A program made the position numbers and the translations under genes. Under the pieces are notes generated by a model that was given only the letters and a program-made list of their open reading frames with translations, searched no databases and had not been told where the DNA came from. DNA of 64,000 nucleotides from Nitrospirales bacterium (GTDB lineage: Bacteria > Nitrospirota > Nitrospiria > Nitrospirales > UBA8639): NCBI GenBank assembly GCA_965203295.1, contig CBDBCZ010000014.1, positions 640,001-704,000 on the forward strand, written 5' to 3'. Below, piece by piece: positions 33,668 to 48,300 of the stretch; within the stretch, counting starts at the first letter, position 1; the number at the start of each line of letters is the position of its first letter.

Positions 33668-36600
33668 TTAATTAGAGTGGAGAATGAAATTGCGAAGCTG
33701 GTACCTTTCCGCTCTCTCTGGTAGCTAGAAGCTGTGCTGTTGGTATCTTTGCAATAAAGAAACAGATTTCCAATTAGTTAGGAATACCTTGCCTGACTTT
33801 GTGTGATCTCAAAGTGGGCTGTCAGCGGTACGGTTCCTTCTAAAGCAGCTTACTGCAATTGTTTACTGCATAACTTGCTTTTTTTACATTTGTCCTGTCT
33901 CCTTTCCCTAAAGAATCATTGTGTTAACATGAGGAGAGTAAAGCATGCACTTACCAGAGTAGACAATTATTTGGGAAGCAACAACTGCTCCAATTTTCTC
34001 TGCTAGGAATACACTGATCTCAAAGTTGGCTGTCAATATGAGGCACGGTTCCTTACTTTGCTCCGTAGATTATTCCTTCAAGTTCTGTGAGACTAATCAT
34101 CCCCCACCTGTTTCCTGCCTGCAATAGGCTCTAAAGTTACATTGTGCGAACACACAAAAAAGTAATGTGTGTCATTAATTAGAGTGGGTATACTGAATTG
34201 GAAGCTGATTCCTCTCCATTCTCTCCGGTAGTTAGAGGCTGTGCTGTTGATATCTTTGCAGTAAAGAGACAGATTCTCAATTAGCTTTGTGTTATCACAA
34301 AGTGGGCTGTCAGGGGTGCGGTTCCTTACATGGTTCCTTCTAGAGAAGCTTACTGAGATTGTGTTATTTACTTTTCCTCACATTTTGTTCTGTTTGTTGT
34401 TCCAGTGCCTTTTAGATGGTTCATTCCACGACTTCTTGTGGAAGTTGTGTTAGGTGTAACTAAATTAGTTATCTTCCACTTATGTTTTCTGCTTGCAAAC
34501 TTTGAAGTAACATTTTGCAAAAACAAGAAAAGTAACGTGTACAATTAATTAGAGTGGGGAATGGAATTGGGAAGCTGGTTCCTCTCCATTCTCTCTGGCA
34601 GATTCCTAATTAGCTAGGAATATCTTGCCTGACTTTGTGTGATCTCTAAGTAGACTGTCATGGGTACGGTTTTACTTACGCTGTTTTTTACACAGTTCCT
34701 TCTAGAGCAGCATATTACGATTGTGCACTGCATATATTAATTTGTTTATTCCCACATATCTGCTATCTCTAAAGAAGATTAATGTGTGCACTCTGTCAGA
34801 GTAGGCAATTAATTGGGAAGCAGTAACTTCCCCAATTCTCTCTGCTAGGAATACACTGATCTCAAAGTTGGCTGTCAATATGAGGCATAGTTACTTACAT
34901 TGCTCCTTATATATGGTTCATTCCACTTTGCTTATTGAAGTTGTGTTCTGTGTGACTAATTATCTCCCACCTATGTTTCATTTCAGCAATCACTAAAGGC
35001 AAACACAAGAAAAGTAATGTGTACAATTAATTAGAGGTGGAAATGAAATTGGGAATTTGGTTCCTCTCCATTCTCCCTGTAAACTAGAGGCTGTGATGAA
35101 AGTTTGTTTGGCCTTATAACGATATATATACTCCTCTTCAAGATGCTTCAGAATCCTTAATGTTGACAGACTTCTATAATCTTTCTTGTATGTTACCGCT
35201 TCCATTTTACTCTTATTTATTGATAGATACCTACAATCAATTACTGTTTCATGTGAACTCGTGAAACTACCTGGTGGGGCATAAATTGGGAACTGTCAGG
35301 TCTTGCTACAAATTATTTGATAATACCTATAACCTCCCTGTTCCTTGAATAGAGACTTCATTCTTCTGTAGTAGTACTTTAATTCTAGAGAGTTCAACTT
35401 TCTTGCGCAGTCAAGAGCTGCGTGAGCTGGCGCGAAAAGCATGGACGCGCACGGCGCATATCGTAGCGTGCCCGCCCCCGCATTTATTACTTCGTGGTTC
35501 CTTAGCTAGCTGTCGGTTCCTTGTCGCGTTCTCGATTCCTATAATACATGAAATGAGAGGTATGGCAGTAGACGCGAACAGGTCGAAGTCTCACTTATCA
35601 TTGCCGGGTCTTTGTTTTTGTTTGTTTTTTGTTTTCTTTTGGGGGGCGGGGAAGTGAGTTTGACTAAAGCTGCAAACAAAGGTATTATTAGTATCTCTGC
35701 TGCAAACTACAGCAACCAGAGTCAAGGTACGTAGCACCATAGATAACTTCTACTATCTATGGTAGCACGTTAGTCTAGCTAGCTCCAACTTCTACCAACT
35801 TGGGGATCGCTTACAGTATTGCAGTAAATTATAATCCATGAACTGCCTTGAAACCAGTGGCGCATCAGGGCTAGCCTCGTTCCCAGGCCCGCGACTTTTT
35901 CGGTTGCACGAAGGAAAGTCACATCTTTCGTGTAACCGAAAATGGCGCGGGCCTGGGAACGAGGCTACATCAGGGCCACTCCAGATCATCCGATTTTAAT
36001 TGCGTAAAATGTGTTATACAGGAGGAGCTGGGTTCTCACGTGCATGCTAAGCGGTTGTGTAGCGTCTCACGCTAGTACGGTCTTGCGTTGCTGCAGTGCA
36101 TGCGACTGCGAAGAGGTGTGGCTTTCTTGACTGACTGCACATGCTGCATATTTGGTGAGTGTAGTAGGGAAGCTTTAGGGTGTCCATAAGGAAAATTATC
36201 AGCAGCAACATCATCAGCAACTGTAAACCATTACAACTGAAACTTGTATGACTCAATAAATTATTCCACAATGGTTTATCCACCTAGAGCAAAATACCAT
36301 GGATAGCCAAAGACACTTAGTGTTAGGGGAGTACAACGGTTGATGATCATTACAAAATGATTGGTTTGTTTGCCTGATTCACTCAGGGAGAAGTGCACTC
36401 GGGCAAACAATGCCTACTGACTTTAGAGCGATCTTGCTACTTTTGCTGTCCACATGTTGGTGTAGCCTTCACCTACAGATTCTATAATATCATAGAGACA
36501 ATCCTAACTTTCTTTGTTTGCCAGACCTCTAGAATCCTGATTTGCCTATACTTGTAGCTGCAGCATTTAATTAGTGTACTGGAATGCTTAATCAGCCGTG

Positions 36601-37368
36601 AAAGATACCAAATTGGGTTATAAAAATGGTATCTGAAACACTGTGGGAAGCTGATATGGCGTATGTACATGTACCAGTTTCCACAGCAAGAGGGAAACAC
36701 CCAGCCCTGTACCATAGCTGCTCCAAACCTTCATTGGGCTTTTGCTGAACCAGGATTTGAACTCACGTCCCATATGCAGCTCTATGGCCAGTGTCTCCAG
36801 ACACTGCACTTACTGCTCCCAGCATCTGAAGGTGTTGGTGACCCTTGTATACCTTTAATACACTGCTAGCCTCTTTCCCAAGCCTGCCTGCAGAGATCTT
36901 TGTACTTTACTTACGGCCACATGTTGCACACAAATTCATAGAGTATGTCACTAAAGATGTTTGATGGAAGACTTGAATAGCATTCTGTTTATAACCTTCT
37001 GAGAGGCTTTATATTGTCACATTAAATAAAGATCTTAGCCCCACCATTTCTTCTACTGTCATTTTAGTACAGACTTGCAACAACTACATTTAATTTTTGG
37101 CACAATTTGTTTATCAAAATGAGTGCAAAGCACCTTCTTATTCACATATATGTTGTGAAATAGGTGCTTGAACTTCTTTCATAATCCATTGAAGCAGCAG
37201 TTTACATGTACTTGCAAGACAATGCAGCTACTAATCTAAACCTACCAGAAAGAAATACATCTAGTATACGTACATGTAGCTATAGGGAGTTAACTATATT
37301 CAGAGCAGCTTGTGCATGGTACGGTATAGCTAGTTTCTCTATATCAGAAATTGCTATTCCATCCTTAG

Positions 37369-40300
37369 ATGGAGGCTGTTTGCATTCGTCAGCGAGGAGC
37401 TGAAGACTTTGTAGCTTACTATGAAAGTCTGTGTGCCCTGGAGGACACGTGTCCTATAGCCAGTAACCGCAGTGGAGCCAAGGAAGGAGTGCTGAGTTGT
37501 CGGGTCTTCAAGGCTAAGAGAAACGACTGGCACCCACTTCTGACTGCTTTACAGATCAACAAGGCACTGCATACTGTTGTCTTCATAGACAAATGGGAGG
37601 AAAGACTTTACCCAACTGTGAGAAGCCTTGGTATGTAATTAGACCCTTTGTCTATGGTACTGTAAATAGTGGTCAGTACACCAATACATGTAGTTAGACA
37701 GTACCTCCATTAATCCAGTGACTTTTTACAAGTATATTATGCTAGCCTTCATGCAACCAAATGAAGTGAGGGCCTGGGAGCGAGGATAGATGTACATTTG
37801 CACAGGGCAGCTTTGTGTACAGCATAAGCAGAAAGCTTCCAGTTGATTGACTGCTGTGTAGGTATGTTTATAATAGATACTTTTTATCACACCATAGATA
37901 GTAGAGTAGAAGGATAGGAAGTCCTTCTACTCTACTATCTATGATCACACTAATTAAGCTTGTGCTTTGCAGTATATACATCACTGCATATACTGATATA
38001 TAACGGAATGACTTCATGATAGATCTATTCAAGGGGGATTGGCAGACAGGTATCCAGAGTGGCTTTTAAAAGATTGGAAGTCACATTTTAGTTGCTCTTC
38101 CTGTGTATGGTACCATGCCTTACAAAACAAGGACTAAAGCTGTCACTGAATTGAACTGGAGAGAAGCCTAAGAAGCCTATTTTTCTTGCTGTAATGAAGG
38201 AAGGAACTTCTTGCGTGTAGCTACGTAGTAATGAGATTGTATATACGTATATGTACTGATATACATCTCAGATACATTACTACGGTGGTAATAGGTCTAT
38301 CCGGGTAAGAGGCTACATTTATTTACTACACCTTTACTATTTCTGCAGCAACATTGCCTGCACAGACAAAGTGAAGCCTCCGATCATAAAAGCTCAAACT
38401 GGAAAAGATACCAGGTCTGCACAGAGCTACACTAAATCTCAACGTTGACATTGGTGATAAAGGTGCACAGGAGTTTGCGGAAGCACTCAGAGATGATGTG
38501 TGCCTCAGAGGTATGTACGTACATGTGGGTTAGCTTCTTCCAACCTTCTCTATGGTTTCATCTGGATGTGGGGAGTCGTAGAATAATTATCATCTATTTA
38601 ATGTGGCAGTCCAAATAAAGAAGTCAAGCTCTTTGGGAAGCAGTGAGGTGGAAAAAAACATTTACGTACAGTGTGCACATTCATACATTGTAGATCCAAT
38701 CATATCTTATACAGTCACTTGTGTAATTTACGTACAGGATTGTAAATTCAATACAGTTATGCCTGTAATGATGGTACAATTACTTCTGTAACTCCCAGCC
38801 ATAGATCCAGTCCTGTGGTGTCACTACTGATGGGGCAGTCAGTCTTCTGGAAGTACTGAAAGTGAACACATGTCTCATAGTGCTTGACCTGAGAGCACCC
38901 CCCTTGATTGGTATGTAGAGGTGTGTGTGTGTGTGCTATATGTAGCTAGCTATAGCCTCATTCTCGTCTCCACTCCCCAGCTTTTTGCACATACGTAGTA
39001 TGTAGTGTGTTGTACTACGTATATGCAAAGTAAGTTGAGACTAAGAGCAAGGCTTACGTAGCTGAATATCGTGAATTATTTACAGAAATGCAAACATTTT
39101 GATAACTTAGCTGTTTTCCACAGTGATGAATGTAATAAGCCATACATAATGTTCGTATTGTACCGGTTCCCAAAATGAATTGTACATTGTACAAAGTTTA
39201 TACTGATGTTCTTGTCTCTTTCACAAAGGAGCAGCAGCTTTCCCATATTCTACTATGATATTGCACCTGAGCGTGCAAGGCCACAGTTTTAAACTAGAAC
39301 CATGCAGGCCATTACACTATCTCGGTGTCTGAAACTGCAGCTTTAACTACTTTCTGGGGATTTTACTGCTGTGTTTAGTATCAATGTATTTTCAAAGCAG
39401 CTTTTAGTCTGCCTTTATTTCTGCTCAGATGATGATGTGGTAGACTCCATCTGTGAGCAACTGTCTGTTAATGTTGCAAGTGTGAGAGATAAAGATGAGG
39501 TTTGCAGTACATATACAACATATCGTTCTAGTGGCATGCTCATTGTAGTGCCATACACTTGTGTTAAATGGTACCTCTTGCAATAGCATGGATGTTGTCT
39601 TCATGAAAGAATTGAAACAAGTGCTGAGAAGACCAACAACCTACAGCAAATGAAGCGTAAATCACATTGCACCACTTCCAATTCCTGTGAGGAAATTCCA
39701 ATTAGCATGTTTGGAAAACGATTTTTAAATTTTCTTTAAATAGTTTATGTTAATGTTATAGTGCAATAAGTGCAGAATGTATTGCAACAATACAATGAAA
39801 CAAAATTGATAAAACAATACATAGTAACAATTCAATTGTCAAGTTCAGCTTGACAATTTAACTTAACGCTTTGATAATTTAACTTAACGCTTCATCAAAT
39901 CTTTCACTGACTGCGGCAGCCGAACCAGCTTACCATCCTTCATGTTCAATTAGGAACATAACTACAGCATCTACTCTTGGGATATCTTCGGTCCGATTGA
40001 CCTTTCTCCTCTGCAATATTTTGTGCAAGTGAAACGAATAGCTTTAGGTGATCTGGCTAGCTCTATCAAAGGCCATTCTTACACCCCTGCTACACATTTA
40101 TGTTCACATTATGTTTAATTTAAAAGCTCATCTACAGTAACTATTGATTGGATTTACATACATAATACATTATAGTACTCCACTGCAAGTATAGAACAGT
40201 TATCTAGTAAGTGCCTGGACTATTTCTTTTTCTCGCAGAGCTATGTGTGGCTTGAAGTTGAAGCCGAGCGCATTTTGCAAGTAGTGCAGGGTAGCAGATC

Positions 40301-40392
40301 AGCTCCTGGACTAAAGAAGCACAGAAGCCACACAGTGACTCCTCTTGGAGTGAGATATTCTCCACGCAAAAGAAGTGCTAAAAGTTGCAAAA
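37369..40392 (+). pseudogene. CEP78: CEP78-like pseudogene, right copy, 3'-truncated; exons 37369-37630, 38349-38510, 38799-38910, 39429-39499, 40239-40392
   Basis: Mirror of the left copy; TAA at 38387-38389, frameshift near 38806; downstream exon removed by the deletion at ~40522. Confidence 0.83.
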
Positions 40393-41128
40393 GGTATGCA
40401 CATACATACGTATATGCATGTCTAAGGTAAAATGGGTGTGTATACATAACATCCACACTTGCATATTGCTGTACCACAATTGTTAAAAGTAAGATCTGCT
40501 AAACTCCCAAGTCTCTGCTAAGTCATAATTCCATTGATTTGAACACAAGTGTTCTCAGACACCACAATATTATTTGCTGTTGTACTCACAACTGGGCAGC
40601 TCATAAGCAGTTATCACTTACAAATTACACTCGGGTTTTGTATAGAGGGCAGTACACTAGGATCTCCACCCCCAAGAATTTAGTAAAAAATTCCATTGAT
40701 TTGAACACAAGTGTTTGGTAGTGGACTAGCAGCCAAAGTCCAATACGCTTCTAGGCATCTATTTTTTCAAACATTTTTAGACCCCCCCCCCCCCCCCCTG
40801 CCCATAGAAGACCATACATGTACTGTACATGCTGCGTATTTCGCGTGTGTCTGTTCACTATTTGTCTCCCCCCTCCAGCAAAGAATCCTGTATGAAACCC
40901 TGCACACTAAGTAGCATGTCCTTGCAACTTGTTGAGCTGTACACCTGTATCTGTGCTAAGCAAAGCATCTTCCACTTGTGCATGTCTAGCTCTCAGGCCC
41001 CTGTTATGGTAGCACTTACTAGTAGGCCCCAACTGTAGTTACTGTCTCAAGTTGTTACTTTAGTCTGCTAAATGACAGAAGTTCTTTGTAGTTCTTGACC
41101 CGTTCTGTCATACCTTTCTTTCCTTCAG

Positions 41129-44092
41129 AGAACAAGTGGGTGCAGCAGCAGATTCCAGCGTGCCGTCCTCTCTTCACAGCCCGTCATGTGTCTTTTGTCT
41201 TCTTCATTGTTGGGGTGATCTTCCTTGCTCTCGGAGTTACCTTTCTCGTTGTTGCAATGAGGGTAAGTGACCTAACATAACAGTGATGTTTATTTGCATG
41301 TACATGTAGATTCAAGTAAGAGCCCTCTGAATTATACCAGTCAAGTCTTAACCATTAACCACGAGCTACATGTTACTTAGACCATGGTTTATCCTAAGCA
41401 TTATCACGTAATTCCAAGGGTGAAACCCGAGGGATTGTGTGTGTATTTACTTTACAGCCCGCCAGTAGACATGGTCTAACCAGCTTGTATCTTGGGCACT
41501 GGCCTAACCAACTCTGGTAGTTTAGCCTCGTTCTCTGTACCATCCCTGAGACTAGCACTATCAATATTAGTGTTGATGAAGCGTCAAATCGCCTACTCTA
41601 TAGTAGGTGATTTACAGTCTGCACTATCGGTGGAGTTTGTACAGTCTATAGTAGGTACTGTTGAGGCCAGAAAATATGGAGTGGCGATGTGTACATATTT
41701 TGGAGAGCTATAAAAATTTTATATAATAGAGATTCAATTAAGATCACACATGGAAACAAGGTGTCCTCTATAGGGAATACCCGTTGAGCACTGTAGCTTT
41801 AAGCTAACAGTACACTTGGCCATACATATATCACCCTGTTGGCATGTACATGTACATGTGTATGTGGCGTTACTTTATAGTAAGACTCAAGCCAATTTCT
41901 ACTGATAATATTAGTATTCCACTGCTGTTGTTGCATATTGCTTTTGTATACTGTTTTTTTTTTATCCCATCTATACTCAGATATGTGAGGTGGAAATTCC
42001 CTATACTAAATTGTGAACCAGTTCCCAGTGATGTCCCTTTCATACGTAACTTCCAGACGTGTTCCGAGTACCTGGCCAATATAAGTGCTCTAAGTAACAT
42101 TGAGAGGCGTGATTTTGAAGACTGCCACTGCCGGGTGAATTTCACTGTCCCGGAGGAGCTGCGCTCTCCATGGTACATGTACTATGGTCTTGGCAACTAC
42201 TTCCAGAACCACCGTCGCTACGTCAACTCCTGGGATGTGAAACAGCTGCGAGGAAATCGAGGGAGCTTCTTGAACCCCTCCGGTGACTGTAACCCCATAC
42301 GGAATGTTGAGAACACTAATGGCACACGTATGCCTGTTGTACCTTGTGGACTCATTGCAAACAGCTTGTTCAATGGTGAGCATACTTTAACAAGTTTGCT
42401 TACTTAGGGTCAGGATTAATTAGTAGATTGTTTGTTGTGAGTGGAGTGGAATTTCCACTAGAAACAATGCATGGACTCTCTGAGTCTACTAGCAAATATT
42501 GTGGGAGCGAACCTTCCAAAGAAATTTCTAACGCCAAATGCAGATTTTGGTTTTGATGGATTACTAGATATCTACATGTACGTATATGACTTTTGCTTCA
42601 CCATACTGCATCTTCAGTGATGGCCCATCTCACTTTTAAAATGTTAATACAATGCTTTTCTAGATCTGGCAAAATGCGAACAGTCACAATGTTTTGTGCA
42701 CTCCAATGTAGTGATTAGAGTGGATCGTGCGTGCATAGTAAAATTCCTGAACACACCTGTGTGTAGTTTGTCCTTGTTCATGTAGACGTCTGAGTTTAAG
42801 TATGTGGGCTGTGTAAATTATTATTGTGTTTGTCTCTCCTTCTAGACTCATTTGATATGTTCATGAATCGTGATACGGGTGAGAACATGACCTGCTGTAA
42901 TAGAACCAACTTTGCCTGGGATACTGACCGTAGTGTTCGCTTCCAAAACCCAAACGGCGCCCCTGAGGTCAGCCCTGAGGATCTTGTTGACACCACCATG
43001 CCCCCCAACTGGCCGTATGATCTTTCAGAAATTCCTGGGGGACTGGAGAGCGAGAGCTTTATTGTTTGGTTTCGTGTGTCAGCATTTCCAAAATTCCGCA
43101 AACTGTATGGCCGACTGCAAGAGAGTGGTTCCAGTGATATTAATCTCCCTGCAGGAAACGACTCCATCTTTCTCACTTACAGTATCCTTCATATTAATGC
43201 AATAGTCGTATACATTGTACGTGGCCTCGTTCCTAAGCTCCCCACATTTCATACTGCAAGTGACTAAAACTGGGTTGAGGCATGGGGAGGAGGCTAGCGT
43301 GTATGACTGTGGTCCTAGTTGGAAAGTGAACGTATTCAGTTGCATATTTTGATCATGTCACTATACATTAGTGCAGAACACGGTGACTGTTATGGGTAGG
43401 GCTCAAATGTTATGTGTCGTTGCATCAGTAGTTGTTCCATGTACACTGTGCATCTGAGCCCCACCCATTAACAGAAAATAAGCAATATAAGACATTGAAT
43501 GCAGTGACAATCTTGGTAGAATAATGTTCATGGGACTGCCACATATTAGTCTAACTTGAAGCATGATGTCATCGCTAAAACAGCTTACTAAAGTTCTTGT
43601 ACATAATGAAGTGGACAAGATATTTAAGTGACTCCTTGCTTGATAGCCATTTGCTGGTGATGTATATGTTGGCTCCTCTCTGTGTGGTAGCTATGTAGCA
43701 TGCATCTAGCTAGTATAAATCACTTAGCCAGTTCAAACTGAGATTCTTAAGGTGCATATGCAGGTATGTGTATATCTCTGAAAGTTGTTTGCACAGTGTA
43801 AGTTAAAGTTATCAGCCAGTTTCCTTAACCTACAGCAGACTACCCTGTTCGTGAATATAAAGGGACCAAATCTCTCTTCCTTGCTGAGATCTCCTGGCTA
43901 GGTGGACGGAACCTGTTCTTGGGCATTGCGTACATTGTGACAGCAACTCCGTCGATAATTGCAGGCTTGGTGCTGCTGCTAATACACTTCGCCTGTTCAC
44001 ACTGGTATGTAGATGTAGTTTCTACTGCCATTGGTTTATGTAGCTTTGTCCCCAGGCTCTCTCGCAGCAAAAGTTGGGCAGAGGCCTTGTAG
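41129..44092 (+). pseudogene. CDC50: CDC50/TMEM30 gene, right copy with +1 frameshift; exons 41129-41262, 41981-42375, 42846-43181, 43839-44092
   Basis: Same motifs as the left copy. Exon 2 is 395 nt versus 394 nt (extra A at ~42008-42010, giving ACT AAA TTG TGA). The indel could be a sequencing error. Confidence 0.82.
43182..43838 (+). other. U12-type GT-AG intron in CDC50 (mirror copy 14264-14918, minus strand)
   Basis: 5' site GTATCCTT; branch TTCCTTAAC at 43821-43829, 9 nt before the intron end; no polypyrimidine tract. Splicing restores the conserved YNYPV. Confidence 0.88.
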
Positions 44093-44349
44093 GTTTAATG
44101 TGTGGGTATTTAATGGACTGAATGAGGGCCACTCCCATAGTCTCTGTAAGTGTGTATATAGTTACCATTGCAGTCATGATCTTGACCAGCTAGTGATTGC
44201 ACTGATTTGTCCATTTGCACAAGGCCTCTCCTGTTGTGCTATTGATTGTCAACTGGCACTTTTGTAAGCTTATTCCAAGCCCTCTGCTTATTTGGGTACA
44301 TGAAGATAAAGACTTTCCTGTTAATGTCCAATGGTGTGGACCTGGTAAT

Positions 44350-45330
44350 TGGGGCGAGCGGGAGCGAGCCCCCCCTTAGTGGTGCGAATGGAGATTCTGT
44401 GCGTACGTACGTCCATACTGCATGGTCCTATATACCGCAAATGCGTCACCGTACCTATTTCAACGGCATGCCCTCAAAATTATCACAAACACGTGCATGC
44501 AGTTCATGGCGTCTGCGTCTTTGTGCAGTTCATGGCGTCCGTGTCTTTGAGATTGTCACAAACACTTGCATGTAGTTCATGGCGTCTGTGTCTTTGAGAT
44601 TATGAGTGACCTGCGCAGACAGCGAACCTTGGAGCGGCGCAGACCGCGCTACAGAGAAAGGAGACACGACGAAACTACCGAGGAGAAGGAGAGAAGACTA
44701 TACAGAGCTAGCGAGAACGCCGAAGGCGGAGACTGTTGGGTGAGTCAGCTGAAGCTAAGGAGGCACGCCTTGAACATCGACGCTCGCTTAGGCGAGAGTG
44801 CAGGACTGCTGTGCTTCCGTGGCTCCCGAGACTATTCTGAGACTATACCATACAGAGGAAAGCAAGGTTTGCAGAAAGACCACAGATTATTTCTGCCTAC
44901 ACTCAGCCAGCTTATTAGCCATAGAGCACTGCCTGAAAGAAGCTTAAAAAATGACGACAGAAAGAGAGAGGACCCGCACCGTGCTTCTGAGACAGCAGCA
45001 CAAAGGGAAGCAAGGCTTGCCGACAGACCAGAATTTTCTACCTATACACTGCCAGCATAGAGCACTGCCTGACAGGGAGAGGCAAGCATCAAGTTGCATC
45101 AAGTTACATCACAGATAGCTATACTGAGAGACAACCTGCTAAAATTCTACATGACAGACCATCATTGAAAGAGATGCATGGGAACATTGAATTCAAACGA
45201 AATGTTGAAGTTCCATGCACATTTTTCTGTAATGGTCTACACTTCTTACTGTGTTCTACTATAGCATCTTCATGCAATATGTACACGTACTCGCTCACGC
45301 TCGCCCCACAATGCTCTGCATTCACCTAGT
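44350..45330 (+). mobile_element. Helentron-derived (HINE/DINE-1-like) element, right arm only
   Basis: Inserted in a T run without TSD (empty site ~13751). Sub-terminal IR TGGGGCGAGCG/CGCTCGCCCCA, 3' hairpin AATGC-TCT-GCATT, CTAGT end. Internal ETTEEKERRL and ETAAQREARL repeats resemble Rep/Hel N-termini. Confidence 0.8.
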
Positions 45331-48300
45331 TAATTTAAGGTATATAGCATTTTTTCACTCCTTGGCCCACTGTTGTTTAGAACCATGGGAAACAGTATGA
45401 TGTTTTGCTACTGTGGACAATTCTAACTTCTAAGTAGATACATTAACAGGTACGGATCGAGATGACTGCAGTTGCGACTATAGAGTCTATGGGAGTGATC
45501 CTCGGAGGTCGTAGTCCTATCCCACCTCGGTTCTACCACAAGTGTCTGTTTTTTCCTTTGCAGGAAACACTCAAGAAATTGAAATCCATGAACTGCCTTG
45601 AAGCCAGTGGTGCATATCAATGCCACTTGTAATCATCTTATGTCTATAAAGTTGATGTGTTATACATATTAATAATTGTGTACAGACTGCGGGCTGCGGT
45701 TCTAGCAGTAACGGGAGGGAGGAGCTGACTTCTCACGTGCATGCTAATCGTTAGTACTGTAGTAAGCTTTAATATAGTCTCACGCTAGTGTACGGTCTTG
45801 CTAGTGTACGGTCTTGCGTCGCTGCAGAGCAACTGCGAAGATCCTCAAGAAGTGTGGCTTTCTGAGTGAGTGCATGTTGGTGAGTGTAAAGCTTAGCAGA
45901 GAATACAGTAGCTTCATTTAAGGTGACCGTAAGGTAAATTATTAGCAGCAACATCATCAGCACCATAAACCATTACTGATTCTCCAACTGAAACTAGTAT
46001 GACTCAATGAATTACTCCACAATGGCATATATACCAAGAGCCAAGTGTGAGGGACAGCCAAAGACACTAGTGTTAGTAAAATACAGAGGCTGAGGATCAT
46101 TACAAAATGATTGGACATGTGCCTGACTCACTCGGGGAGGAGTGCACCCTGGCACTCAATGCCTACGACTTTATATATAAAGCCAATCAACCTTTCGGTA
46201 GCAGGTCAATGCACACTGCCATGCTCAGCGCTATCTGGCATGGTTACACAAGATTTAGCTACTTCTAAGCATGGAGGGTGAGTATGAAACATTCTTTGCT
46301 CATTTCTTCCTCGTCAATCATCTTGCCTCCTCTTTCTTCTGGAGCTTCCAAACTATGCTCAGCACCACTACTGACTCTAGATCGATCTGAGCTGCTTGCT
46401 CTGTTCCTTTCCTGCTTTACTCTCCTGCACTTCATTTCTAAACTCTTCCAAGCTACCAACCATTTAGCAGTGCTTCATATAGAATTCTGTTTTTCACTGT
46501 CTCTGTAATCAATATACCCCTCTCAAGACTAAGAAATGCCCAAAATCTCATCTTGCTTTCATGATTTGTCTTGGTTCCTTACACAGTTCCTTCTAGGGTT
46601 GCTTACCACTGTCATACACTGCATTGTTTGTTAAATATTAACGCAGTAGCAATCACTTATCTAATTGTCACTTGTTTTAGAAGTTGAAGCTTTTGGTATT
46701 TTTGAAGCACAGAGACAGATTTCCAATTAGCCAGGACTATACCTTCCCTGTCTTTGTGTGATCTCAAAGTGGGCTGTCAGGGGTAGGGTTCTGTACATGG
46801 TTTCTTCAGACGTTGCTTACTGCAATTGGACGCAGTACTAGGGAGATGCAGGGCATCTTAGGGCGAGCCTGAGTGAGCGCTTGCTTCCTAGCAGTGATAT
46901 GTGACATGCGTGTACGTTTACTGTGAATTAACAACAACAAGTGACACAAATGACAGTAATTATTCTCAAGTAGCTACTCTCAAAAATGTAAAGTGTTCAG
47001 TACCAATTCCCAATTAGTTATACAATGGAATACCGTAAATCCTAATAGTCAGGCTTAGATGTTGAGTATTTTTGTAAATACAATGAACTGGCTCCCTTAG
47101 TAGTACTGTGAAACAGTCAAGGATCCTGTTCACTGGATTTGCTGTAATTGTACATTCTGTTTCACATAAGTATGGAAGCCTGTTCGCCGTACTTAAAAAG
47201 TACTCAACCTTTAAATCAAAGCTGTTTCCTGACTATTAGGACTGGTTTAAAACATAATAGCATAATTTTCCAAGGGTATGAAAGAGTATGGTTCTTGAGG
47301 GTATAGAAATTTCTATACATCCCAAGGGTTCCTATTTGCCAGTCTTATAAAACACACAACTTTGAAAAGTGATTACTGTGAAGCCTCTAAATTAATCGTA
47401 CCTGAAGAATAGTAACAGCTTCCTATTTAAATCTTCACGCTGATAATGTGCACACAGAACACATTACTTCACTTTTGTTCATGCAATAGTCCCTTACAGA
47501 CAGCAGAATGACATAACAAAATGTGAGAATCAACAAATAATGCCACAACCGCTAACTACAAGAGATACTTGGAGCAGTTACTACTTCCAAAATAATTCCC
47601 CACTCTAATTGATAAGCACACACATAACTTTTCTTGTGTAAACACAACCATCATGTACAGACAGTATGCAGAACATATCACTTCAGTTAGCAATTGTAGA
47701 AGGAACCGTGTAAGAAACCATACTTCTGACAGCCCACCCGGAGATATCGTACTTGAATTAAACATTAGTTTTCTTGTGTTTGCACATTGTCACTTCAGAG
47801 ATTGCAGGCACAAAACATAGGTGGGGGGATATTAGTCACACAGAACACAATTGATGTTATGAAATTTTACAGAACAGGAGTTATTGAATGTTCACCCACT
47901 CTGAGACTCACACACAACCTAAAAACAGGTGACCTGGTGTGCTGTGTGACACCCTACCGCCAACCTAAATAAGTGTGTTTTGACCACTTTATTTCTAAGA
48001 GTGAAGAGCCACAGCCTCTAGCTACCAGAGAAAATGGAGAGGTAACAGCTTCCCAATTTCATTCCACACTCTAGTATAGCATACTTTTCTTACTCGCATA
48101 ATGTTTAACTTAATTCAGAGATTGTATGCAGGTACAAAATATAGGTGAGCTACAATAGTTATAGACTTTCATTAGTAAGCAATGTTGTACTGTAGGCTTA
48201 GAGGGTGATGTATGTCCGGAAAGCAGGCACCCTGAGGTGCAATGTCGCTATTTCTTAGTAATCACTTTTCGGTTGCTCTTATACATATTCCTGGCCAATA

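Noticed and set aside
41844..41980. N-terminal part of the 187-aa ORF as CDC50 coding sequence
   Set aside because: It is intronic; it is joined to exon 2 only because of the +1 frameshift.
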